A stretch of 64,000 nt of DNA from Vermamoeba vermiformis (Eukaryota). The stretch lies in NCBI GenBank assembly GCA_045837725.1, contig JBEWZL010000048.1, positions 1 through 64,000 of the forward strand. The letters are read 5' to 3'. The first letter of the stretch is position 1. Every line of letters begins with the position of its first letter. Both the position numbers and the translations under genes were made by a program. A model generated the notes under the pieces. The model was not told the origin of the DNA and did not search any database. It saw only the letters and a program-made list of their open reading frames with translations. Below are positions 52,859 to 64,000 of this stretch, piece by piece.

Positions 52859-53773
52859 ATGCAGCGTAGAATTTTGCTGATTATTTCTGCTTTGTTGATC
52901 AACACCGGTACAATTTTGGCGGATGACCGAGCAGCGTTGGAAGACTTGTACAAAGCGCTCCAAGGACATGCGTGGGAGGACACTACGAACTGGTTGAGCG
53001 AAAGACATGTTTGCCATTGGTACGGCGTGACTTGCAACAAAGATCAAAATGTTAGCGCGATCGTTCTTATGGACAACCATTTAACTGGTAAAATTCCTCC
53101 ATCGTTGGCGCAAATTCAGACGTTGGAGTATATTGATATGTCGGATAATTTTATTTCTGGCACTGTTCCGGAAGAACTTGGTTTGATCCGAAATCTTCGA
53201 TCACTTAACTTGGCCAACAATTTGCTTACTGGTGGCTTGCCCAGCTGGTTCACGTCGCACAAAAAATTATACACGCTCGTTTTATCATGGAATGCGCTTA
53301 CTGGTCCGATTCCTTCTTTGAACGACCCGATGGACCTCACCATCTTGATTTTGGAGCGCAATAACTTCTCTGGCTTCCTTCCTAGCTTTGGTGAAGGTAT
53401 TAATATCGAAGTATTAGACTTGGACAGCAATAACATCACGGGTCCTATTCCTGCATCTTATGGAAGTATCAAAACGTTGAGGGATGTGGAAATCGCTGGT
53501 AACCAATTATATGGTACTATTCCTAATGAATTTGGTAATCTGCTCGCGCTTGATACGCTGGATTTGTCTAGTAATAAGTTGAGCGGCAGCATCCCGCAAA
53601 ATTTTGGAGATTTGAAACTGCTCAATAATTTGGTTCTTAACAACAATATGTTGAGTGGTAATATTCCTTCTTACTTACCCGCATTGGACCTCTCAACTTG
53701 CAGATTGCAACAAAATAGATTCAATTGTCCTGCTCCGTCAAATCTGCCTGGCGTGTGCAAGACTGACTGCTAG
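52859..53773 (+). CDS. Intronless secreted leucine-rich repeat protein (plant-specific-type LRR with LRRNT cap)
   Basis: Signal peptide; DRAALEDLY...W.....C.WYGVTC cap; about 9 LxxLxLxxNxLsGxIP repeats; C-terminal Cys cap; no transmembrane segment. Confidence 0.92.
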   Translation: MQRRILLIISALLINTGTILADDRAALEDLYKALQGHAWEDTTNWLSERHVCHWYGVTCNKDQNVSAIVLMDNHLTGKIPPSLAQIQTLEYIDMSDNFISGTVPEELGLIRNLRSLNLANNLLTGGLPSWFTSHKKLYTLVLSWNALTGPIPSLNDPMDLTILILERNNFSGFLPSFGEGINIEVLDLDSNNITGPIPASYGSIKTLRDVEIAGNQLYGTIPNEFGNLLALDTLDLSSNKLSGSIPQNFGDLKLLNNLVLNNNMLSGNIPSYLPALDLSTCRLQQNRFNCPAPSNLPGVCKTDC

Positions 53774-53951
53774 ATTATCAACTCATTATTACACTTTTAT
53801 GTAGGTAATAAATAACATTTGGAGTTGTTGTTATCTATTGAAATGACATCTGGACAGAAACAAAAATCAAATTTCCAATTTTAGCGCAGACAACGAAGAT
53901 TTTTTTTGTTGCCGCAATATATTTGTTTATTTTATTTATTAGCGAGGCAAT

Positions 53952-56900
53952 ATGACGCATTCGTTTCGCTTTAAGCTCCCGCGGCTGACGGATCCAGGTA
54001 AGCTGGTTATTGCAATCCGCTTTGCTATTTATGCACCGGCAATTTGAATATTTAATTAATCGAAATATGCAGTATTCACGTCATTGCCGTTGGATATGCC
54101 CTCAAAGAAAGCGGTGTATGAGATCCTCAAAAAATACCAGCTGCACGATGTGGAAATCGAATCTTCGCGGCTTGTATTAGCCCCAAAAGGCAATAATTCT
54201 GGTAAAATAATGGGTGATACTGAACCTCTATTGGCCTCGAGATATGATCCTGCAGGAGTAAGTTAAAAAACTAATATTTTATATTTTAGCAAATCTACTA
54301 TTTCCTCGAGCGAAGTTTACGTATTATTTCGTTTTAATATTAAAATAACTATATTATTTCAATTTATTAAATTAATACGGTTGAATTGTGAGCCAACCGT
54401 TCAAATTTGATCCAAATTTTCCAGATCTGCAGTCTGTAAAGTGTCAAATATAATAACGTATTCGTGATATTATGGTGCCACGTAATAGTAATTTCCGTAT
54501 TATTGTCTAATCGTTAAACGCACAATTTCGAATCAAAATACAGCGGGCCGAGATCCACTCCCATTTAATTCCAAATTAAAACTTGATTATATAGCCATTT
54601 ATACCCTTTATTATTATATAGCGTGTCATATTAATATTTCTTACTAACGACGCGTTTTAATTGCAGGATCTGTTCGTTATCTGCACTGAGCCCTTGACAC
54701 TCAAAGTGTCAAACAGCGATGGATCTGCTTTAGGACCGATTAAAAAATTAATTATCGATGTTAATACACCTTTAAGTAAGTACTCATGCCGAATCTCTCG
54801 ATTTGAATTCAATTTTGCGAGATCTAAAAAACGTGTCTCATATTAATTCTCATTTTAATTAATCTTTTTTATTTTTATTTTTAGATGACTTAGTGCCTGT
54901 CTTCCAACAAGTATATTTTGAGGGCAAAGAAGAGTTTGTATATCAATTATTTCGTGGCGATAAAGGTAAATGTCATGAAATTGCATTGAAATTATTAATC
55001 GATCGTTTAATAGTAAAAATATTAATTAACGATCTTATTTATACTAATTTGGTATTACAGCTGTTTGGCTCAACTCGTTGAAGACGTTAAAAGAACACGA
55101 AATTCAACCTGAAAATGACATTTTGGTTATATTCCCAATTTCAGCTCTAATGAAGGTAATTATCATAATTAATTATACTCGACAGTACAAATTTCCATTC
55201 AAAACGAATGAAATTAATTTAGACTTGAAATTCAAAATTAAGTCAAGAGATCTGACCTATTTTTTTGTTTATTATTAGAATGGTTCTTTAGTCATGCGAG
55301 ATGCGAGTCGTGGAGGCTGGTTATATAAACAGAGCAAAGGTGGCGAAGAATCAAAACAAACCTTCAGAATTGGAAATCTCGGACGGCAGATCAGACCGAG
55401 CATATCCGTGTTTAAAGATCAATCGACCGTTGGTGGTCTAAGCAAGAAATCTCGCAAATATTTTGTGTTTAAGGACATATTTTTATCTTACTTTGATAAT
55501 CCTACGGTAAGTTTCATTTTCGCATTGGATCTCCGATCAGATCTGATTCGTTCTGCAATTATGATTCGAAAGAAACTATTCAAATTATAGCACATCATCA
55601 GAATATGTATCAATAATGCTATTTGTCATTAGGATCCAAACCCAAGGACGATTATCCCTCTTAACTTTCAAACGGTCAAACTTAAAAAAGACGTAAATAA
55701 CCATTGGACTCTTATTTTAGAAAGGTAATAATACAATAGTTCAAAATAATGCATAATAATAATTATTTGCGATTTAACAACTATTATGAGGATAGTTTTT
55801 GTAACTGACCATTTGCAGAACGTTCAAGAATTATTTTTCCAAATCGGGAGCACCAGGAAAATTATTCGTCCTCACGGCAGACGAAAATGAACAGAATTTA
55901 ATTCCTCAGTGGTACGAAGCAATCAAAGAACAGTGCATTAATACCGGTGTCAACCGCATGTTTGGCGCACCTTTGGACTCGATCTTATTTAAGCGATACA
56001 AACAAACGATACCTCCTCTTATTACCAAGACCATTGGCTACATGGACGCGCAAGGTATGGTTAATTCAGCCTTAATGATTTCGTTGTGACACGTGTCAAA
56101 CATGTCACCTCAAAATGTTCCACGATTACCTTTGTTAGAAATAATTTAACACCACTAACCATGAGAACGATTATATATCAATATTTGCGTTACAAAATAT
56201 AATCGTTTTTTAACTTGCTTTTGCAGGTCTGGATGTGGAAGGTATTTTTAGGTTGAGCGGAAGCAACAGTGAAATCGAAAAATATCGAGATTTATTTGAT
56301 CAAGGTAATATCTAATAGTTATATCATGTCATATTAAAATTATTAATATTAATCTTAGGCGAGGATGTTGACTTGGGCGTTTGTCGAGATCCGCACACAG
56401 TGGCGTCATTGCTCAAACAATACTTGAGAGAATTACCCGAGCCTATTCTGACCTTTGACATGTATGATAGTTACATTGCGGCTGTGCGCGATAATCGTAA
56501 GTTCAAAGCTAGATTTTTTTTCCTTTTTAGGCCTGAGGCAATTTCTTGATAAAATCTTCCGTATTGATTCTAACATGACAATCATATTAATTCCGAGTAA
56601 TATTAACGTTTTAATGCTATTTTTTAGCGGCTGAACATCGCCTGCCAATTTTGTTAGAGTTGACTAGTAACTTGCCCGAGCAGTACTTTACGATATTGAA
56701 ATATTTATTGTCGTTTTTGCATCGTGTCAATACGATGGCATCGATCAACAAGATGAGCTTGGCGAACTTGGCAACTTGTTTTGGTCAAAATCTGTTGCGG
56801 CCACGTGACTCGAGCAATCCTGCAACTATCGTCGAGGCACGTATTTTTTGGACCAAAAAAAATATTGTTAAATGTTCGCAAAGACTAATTTTCCTTATTA

Positions 56901-59106
56901 GGACTCCATTCATATCAACCAAGCCACACAAATGTTAATCGAACACGAAGCCAAATTGTATTATAAGAACCCACAGGTAAATCATTGCAAATATTAATTT
57001 GCTGGCATTTTATTTATTTCCTTATTAGGTCAATGAAAGACTGGAACAGACGCAAAAAGAAATTCAAAACACGGAAAAGCACAAAGTTCGTCATTCACTG
57101 AAAATGTTGCACAACGAACTGGTTCAACGACAAAGTCTGATCCGTTCAGAGAATGCAGCGGATTCAGTGAAAGACGCCATGTGGCCCGAAGAAGAGCACT
57201 TGACTTCACCTTTTGAGCCATTGAACGAGCGCAATTCATTTTCACATGACATTCCAGTCCCGCCCATTGAAACTCGCAAAACTCTTTCAAAGCCATTGCC
57301 TCCTGCTCCCAAGTACGTATACCTCAATATTTATATATATCTAACACACCACATTATTATTAGTAAATATTTTGATATTTTATTCCGCGTCGAAAAATTT
57401 TGCGACATGACACGTGTCAAATTGAACTGTAACTTGGTGTAATTAGCTCAATTAACTGACCGTTATTATTGTTCCAATAGTGCTGGACAAATGATGCGAA
57501 GATCAAAGAGCTACGATTCGTTGGTCAGGGAAGAACCGGGGTCAGTTTACTTGCCTCCTATTCAACCCAAGCAAACTCTCGTTAGTAACGTAAGTCATAC
57601 CCGCCGAGTACTTCCTAATTAGGAAATTTCATTAAATTTGGTTGCTTACGAACTTCAATTATAGCCTGCAAACTTGCCTCCTCGCGCGAGTAACTTACCC
57701 AAGCCGTTATTGCACACGGGCTCTTATTCGCCGAATTCCAAGAGAATGTCGCAAGCAATTAACGCACAACGACTCAATTTTGAACAAATGACTTTGAATG
57801 GCAGTCAAGACGGACCAGTATCTATATCTGCGGTCAATAACAACAATGCGACCCTCACTCCGCCGAGACCTGCACCTCCGCCAAGAAATTCCGTCATGCT
57901 GCCACAACCTCCGAAATTCCCCGCACCGACACCTAAAGCAGCTGCGCCACAGCCACAGTCACATCAGTCGCCTGTAGTCCCACCAAAATCGAACGCAAAG
58001 TACCGGTACTCCACGATGATGCCCTCGACAGCTGTTCCTTTGCCCATGCCTGGCGCCGACACAACGTTGCGAAGGCCAACTTTGGCTGATCAACCCAATA
58101 GTGGCCAGGGACCTTCCTTAAATGGCAATAATGCGGGGGCTAGCGGAGTTCCTCCCGCTCCACCAAAGAGCCCAAAACCACGTGCCTCGATGATGATCAA
58201 TCCCAACGCACTTCCGGGAATTGCTTTGCCCCAACCTCCAGCACAAAACAACCACAATACTATGAACAGCAATGCTACTGCTGCTAATAATAGTGGTCCA
58301 CAATCCACGCCGACGTTTGTCATGCCGCGGCCAGTGTCCATTTCTACCGCGCCTCAAATGAACGGTGAGCAGCAACAAGGACCTTCTTCACCGCGCCAAT
58401 CGCCTAATGCCTCTGTTATTGTTACTCCCGTGCAAAACCGACCAACGTCCATGTCTGTTGTGGTAAGTTTAATGTCCAAAAAATCCAGATCGGCAAAAGT
58501 TTATAATTTTTTTCGAGTAATCTAATGAGTATCTTTTTTTTAGAATTCAAAGCCGACTTGGATGACCCACGTGCTCAAAGAAGGCTTGTTAACCAAAAAA
58601 GGAGAAATTAGACATAATTGGAAAGTACGGTGGTTCATCTTAACGCCAGCGAGTCTTTATTACTTCAAATCGAAGCAAGAAACAGTTACTCCGCTCGGAA
58701 TTGTTCCGCTGCAAGACGCGGAGGTGATGTCCTTTGAAGGCAAACGATTTTCCTTTTTTGTCAAGACGCCTGTTCGAACCTACTACATTCAGACCAAATC
58801 TGATTTTGAACAGCAAGATTGGATGAATGCTATAATTAGCACCATTAACAAGTACGAATACTTCCATTTATGGTAATAGTTCATTTCTAACTTAAATTTT
58901 GAAGGATGAAAGGAGCAGATCCGCAGAATTTGGAACAGATCCAACGCGAGACTCAATTAGTGACTCAGCAAGTAGAGATGAATAAGGCGAATAGGAGAAG
59001 GTACCTAATAAGTGAAAAAAATATTTTTGTTCAATTATTAATCAACCTTGGATCTAGCGCAATGATTTCGTCGGAAGAATTGTCCAACATTGACTCGAGC
59101 CAATGA
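53952..59106 (+). CDS. Multi-exon PH - RhoGAP - proline-rich - PH protein
   Basis: GLDVEGIFRLSG (arginine finger), DPHTVASLLKQYLRELPEP and NKMSLANLATCFGQNLLR; PH domains GWLYKQ... and KEGLLTKKGEIRHNWKVRWFIL. Confidence 0.9.
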
Positions 59107-59292
59107 GAAATCGTTGAATAAGTAAATAGAGTCCTAAAGTGTCAGTCCGTAATGTACATAAATTCTTGCCAGAAAAAATTGCTCTCTATTATTCAATATT
59201 TGACTGAGGGTTGTAAGGTTTTAATTCGAGCCCTAGGCTTCTTTAACGATGGCTCATACTGCTGATCCGATTAGCTGTTCGTCAATCTTACA

Positions 59293-62200
59293 CTAGAATA
59301 ACAGCGCCACAATTCCAGCAAAGCTCGCAACAATTAAACTCGTGTGTTTGTGATCACTGTCGCTGGTCTTGCCTGCCTCGCTCGGAGCTGACACAGGCGC
59401 TGGTCGTGGTACAACTGTTGCGACCGGCGAGCTTAATGGACCAGCGCTGATTGGTGGCTCAACAGTGCTCGGTGGTGTCGCTGTCGGTGGATTCAAGCAC
59501 GTGACAGTAGCGTTGCAGTAGAAGTTGTCAGAATAGGCACGTGAGAACTTGAACGTGTACGTGCTGACCTCGCGACTAATGTGAACATTCTCCAAGTCCA
59601 CGTCCGTACAACTGTCACCAACAGTGTAAAGCTGATTGTACGGGATGTCAATTTCAGTTTGACACGTGTCAACAGTGACATCTTGACACTTGTATTTCAT
59701 CGGCTGCAAGCACGGCGGAATAACTACTAGAACGTACTTGTAAATCAATTGATGCGCTGATTGCACTATTATGTCGTAGTCGTTCTTAGCGAGGTTAAGT
59801 CCAAAATATTTGTGCGCGCTGGATCCGATGACACGTGTTGTGATCTGCCAATCTCCGTTGATTCGTTCCAAGTAAAACACTTCTCCGCCAAATCTACTCG
59901 GCGCGCTAATCACAACAAAATTCTTATCGACCATCAGTGTCGTAAAACCGAAGGTATATTCAGAGCTGTTGCACACTTGAGAGCCTTTGATAGTTTTAGT
60001 CAGGTCCCACGCGCCGTTGGTCTTCGTGAAAATCAAAAGTTGACCGGTCCCGCTTGTTTCTTGGAACGCCGTGTCAAACAGAATGACCGTGTCATCGCCA
60101 GTCCAAACGATGTTATTGGCATGGAACAACGACGTGTTGACAAGCACTGCATCGACCAGACTCCACGTCTTGTTGGTGTTACGCGTGTACAGCTCGACAA
60201 AGTTCGTGGTTGGATTGAACGCGGCCAATGTCGTGTCGGTCAGATGCGGCATACTTGCAATCGGACCGATTATTCCCAGCCGCGTCAATACTGTGAAGTT
60301 AACAGGCTGCGTGAGACTATTGGCCCAAGTTCCATTGATTGCTTGAAATTCGTACGTCCATATGTTCGTCGTGCTCACCCACACCAAGCTGTTGTCGCTC
60401 ATGTATCGTGCGAAGGTATACAATGGACTCATTGGCGTAGGATACCTATCGAATGATTTTAGCAACTGTTTGTTATGGCCTTATGGTACTGTTCGACTCA
60501 TTCACATTAAATTACCAATAGATTTTTTCGCGGAAAACAACCAAATTGTCGGCGCTCGTCCGCGACCCCAAAGTCACGTGGGACTTTCCTAATAAGGCAT
60601 ATCCGGAGGCATCCCTAACGGCATTGTTGCCATATGGGACTAATATAGATACGATGCCTAGGAAGGTCGGGAGAGTGCCACAACAACATTATGGTTGTTT
60701 TCGTCGAATTTGAATGCGTCGAACAGTAATGTAGTACTTACGTTGTAGTATTAGTTAAAGTGCCATTTGGACCGAGTTGAAAATTAATCATATTTGCCCA
60801 GACAGTGCCGAACCAGTTTCCATTCGTTGCCAAACAATAGGCCAGCCCGCTTTTGCTGTAACTCGTGGAATAATTGCCGAATGAATCTCGTTCCAATACA
60901 ACGGAACTAATGTCTTCCCAATGACTCGTCATGATGTACTTGCCACTCGCCACAACGTTGTTCAGGTACATCTGCCCAGTCTGTACATGAACTGACGGGT
61001 CATACGACGTGTATGCGTTGTTTTGTAATTGCAATGTCTGAACGGGACACGTGAATATAGCTCAATTTTGTAATCGACATTTTACGTACCCACTTGTACA
61101 GAGTGCTGGGGGCAGGTGGAGTGATCGGAGGACTGACCGGAGTTGTTGCTACAGGAGTGCTGACAGGTGCTGCGACCGGTGGACTGACAGGTGTCATTGG
61201 AGCAGACAAGGGAGGCGAGGTGATTGGTGAGGTGGCTGGAGGATTAGTGCACGTGACAGTGGAGTTGCAGTAGAACGTGTCGGAGTAGTTCCGAGAGAAG
61301 CTGAATGTCACCGTGGTATTGGCTCCGTCAACGCGAGTCTCCGTCACATTAACAACAGTGCAGTTGTCTCCGACAGTGTAGAGCTGATCGTATGGTATAT
61401 TGTTTGTTTGACACGTGTCAAGTGTCAGATCCAAGCACGCGTACTTCAAGGGAAGGTAACACGGAGGAATGACGACTTGTTGTGCAAGTGTGCTGTTGTC
61501 AGCATTCACTGAGAACGTTTGCACGAGGACCCCGAAGTCATTCTGCATAACACTGAAGCCAAATAACACAGTTGCGCCTTGGCCAACGAATTCTAGCGCC
61601 ACGTGCCAATCACCAGTGCCAAAGCGTTGAAGGTACAGCACGGACCCCGCGGCAAGATTACTCGTGTCACCACCAGGGGCGCCAATAGCAATCAAATTTC
61701 GATCGATTAGCTGCATTGAGAATCCTAAGTAGCCAGGAGTCGTAGAAAGATATTGGTAACTCGGCACTAATTGCGTCATGTTCCAAACTCCCGCGTTCTT
61801 CACGAAGATCAGGACGGCTCCTTGGCTCGATGGGTTCACCGAGTCTTTATACGACGTGTCGCCAATAACGACGGTGTCGTCGCCATTCCATATGATTCTA
61901 TTGGCGTGGTACTGCGTTGTGTCAAGTGTGATCCCATCAACGAGCGTCCACGACTTGTCAGCGTTGCGAGTGTACAATTCAACGACGTCTAGAATAGGAT
62001 TAAACGCTGCAAGTGTCGTGTCGGTCACGTGGGGCACACTATCGGAGGAGTTTCCGCCATTTGTGAGCGTGAGATAAGGCGTCACAGTGAAGTTGACAGG
62101 TTGGTTGAGGATCGTGGTCCAACCGCCCGAAGACACAAATTCGTACGTGTCAATCGAGGATTGGGTTAGCACCACGAGTGTATTGTCGTTCATAAACTGA

Positions 62201-62728
62201 ATAAACTGCGCAGTTGATGTTGCAAAACTAAAAAAAAATGAATTAAATGGATGCAGGATTTCCGAAGTATTTTAAATAATAAAATTAGGAATTATACTTA
62301 CGAGGTAATATTTTCGAACGTTCCGGTTGGACTAAGCTGAAAAGTATCAATATAACCCTGGCTTAGAGCCCCGAACCAATTTCCGTTTGTGGTAATGTAG
62401 CTAGGTTGTCTCGTCCAAGCCATTTGATAGGTTATTGTAGTATATGTACCTTGGCTATCTCTTTCAAATACAATTATGCGACCACCGCTATTGAGATCGT
62501 AAACAAAAATATATTTGCCGCCTGCTGCGTTTAAAGAAGGGCAATCGGGAAAGTCAGGGAGACTACTGCCACTAGTAGCATAATCTAGCAATTGGACCGT
62601 CTAAAAAATATCAGTTAATTGATTCAGTTCAGATGCGTTGGATCGGCGACACTTACTGGCACTCCGCCAATGCACAGGTGGACAAAAGCCAGTGCTAGTG
62701 CAGCATATATAGCAATACGAGCCACCAT
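59293..62728 (-). CDS. Secreted surface protein with two tandem FG-GAP-like propeller + Cys-domain + Pro/Thr stalk modules and a probable GPI signal
   Basis: Signal peptide MVARIAIYAALALAF at 62728; IAIGAPG / VVISAP and FGFS motifs; in-frame splice joins (LYKW|TLQLQ and TT|YPTP) link module 1 to module 2. Confidence 0.75.
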
Positions 62729-63202
62729 CAGGCTTTGTGGTGGTTACCGCATCAATTTGACATATTTAAAGCAAATCTTTTAGCTTAATTTAGCTTTCAA
62801 TTCACGCGATCTTTGCGGAGCGAATCTGAGCGTAGAAGAACATATTTTAGGTTCCAAATGCCGCGACTAAAAATGACATACCCTAAAATCGCCATTCCGA
62901 CCGCAACGAACTAACATTGAGATGCAGATGGGATCAGATGTGCCAGTAAGCATCGAAAAAATTATTTGTATAAGACAAAAATTATCTTACTATCCGGCTT
63001 GGTTGGTTGGACAACTTTAACACGGCGTGCAAATTGTGTAACCATGAGATCGAAATTGTTAAACTCACCAGCATCAATTAAGTACTCTGAATAATAATAC
63101 GTTAATAATTATTAAATTATAATTTTTAATTTTTAATTTTGTACGTACGGCTACCATAGAAACCTGTCTGGAGGCGGATCTGTTTTCCCTTCGTTTCATT
63201 TC

Positions 63203-64000
63203 TCAAAGCTGTGCGAGTGCGAGCAACGGAGTCTTAAAAAACACAAATAACCTGTTGTGGGAGCTCGATGAAATTATCAGAAACAATGCGCAATGAAAGA
63301 AACTTCTGCAGCTAGAAAAAAGTCCACAAACAACCATAAGCGACAGGATTACTGATCGATTCAAACGAGTGCCAGCACTAGTGACTTTGCCTGCATCGTT
63401 TGGAATCGGAACGTTAGTTTGGATCGGAGGAGTGTTGGTCGTCATCGGTGAAGTCGCTGGATTGGGTGATTGAACAGGTGAAGCTGGACTGGGCGGTTGA
63501 ACAGGCGAAGAGACAGGAAGACTATAGCTCGGTGCTGACTGCGAAGGCGAGCTGGAAGGAGATGGAAGAGGTGAGGCAATTGGACTGGAATTTGGCGACA
63601 CCTCGATTGGTGCACTAACAGGCGATTCTACCGGTGGATCGATGGGTGTCACTGGAGGATTGACGCACGTGATCGTTGAATTGCAGTACAACGTGTCAAA
63701 TTCACCGCGTGAAAAGCTGAATGTAAGTGTGCTGGTGTCTCCTTCGAATCGAATGTTCTTCAAATTGACTACCGTGCAGCTGTCCCCAACTGCATAGAGT
63801 TGATCATTTGAGACACTGAATATTTGACACGTGTCAGAAGTGACATTTTGACACTTTTGCTTGATTGGCAGGTAACAGGGAGGAATGAAGGCTTGGTACG
63901 CAATAGCAAGTGGGAAATCTGCCGTGGATGCTGTTTGCACAATGACCTCGGAATCAGTTTTCATAAGACTAAAGCCAAAATATACTCTATCACTTCTGCC
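63203..64000 (-). CDS. 3' part of a paralogous propeller/Cys-domain/Pro-Ser stalk surface protein (5' end outside the window)
   Basis: IPPCYLP...C.....DTC...DQLY.VGDSCT...FSFSR...LYCNSTITC.NPP is shared with both modules of the 59293-62728 gene. Confidence 0.8.
   Translation of the reverse strand, partial: GRSDRVYFGFSLMKTDSEVIVQTASTADFPLAIAYQAFIPPCYLPIKQKCQNVTSDTCQIFSVSNDQLYAVGDSCTVVNLKNIRFEGDTSTLTFSFSRGEFDTLYCNSTITCVNPPVTPIDPPVESPVSAPIEVSPNSSPIASPLPSPSSSPSQSAPSYSLPVSSPVQPPSPASPVQSPNPATSPMTTNTPPIQTNVPIPNDAGKVTSAGTRLNRSVILSLMVVCGLFSSCRSFFHCALFLIISSSSHNRLFVFFKTPLLALAQL

Noticed and set aside
39102-59106. RhoGEF and RhoGAP as a functional cluster
   Set aside because: About 12 kb apart with unrelated genes between them; both families are typically large in protists
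1-64000. tRNA, rRNA, transposase or reverse transcriptase genes; alternative genetic code
   Set aside because: None recognised by eye; conserved genes translate cleanly with the standard code once introns are removed

Overview
This is gene-dense, intron-rich eukaryotic DNA, not prokaryotic. It has short GT-AG introns (donors gtaagt/gtacgt, ctaac-type branch points) and the standard genetic code. The gene repertoire suggests a free-living protist, possibly an amoebozoan (inference). I joined exons by eye across splice sites, so internal boundaries are approximate. Content in order: a palindromic minisatellite; a giant Cys-rich receptor ending in a TOM1/GPR137-type 7TM domain; a WD40-like gene; an SDR head-to-head with a TKL kinase-ankyrin gene, whose largest intron hides an antisense ribosomal protein S30 gene missed by the ORF track; three tandem G8/CEMIP-TMEM2-like GPI-anchored genes with mosaic gene-conversion tracts, interrupted by a bacterial-looking secreted propeller gene that shares a 54-bp upstream element with one of them; WDR76/CMR1; a hevein-GH19 enzyme; a RhoGEF; an UNC-93-like transporter; a pair of small Cro/C1-type HTH genes with an eh1-like C-terminal motif; a KDEL-ending penicillin/AHL acylase; an intronless LRR protein; a PH-RhoGAP-PH gene; and tandem propeller/stalk surface proteins. 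The best candidates for undescribed biology are the HTH+eh1-like pair, the nested RPS30, and the surface-tethered glycan-active cluster with its shared upstream element.
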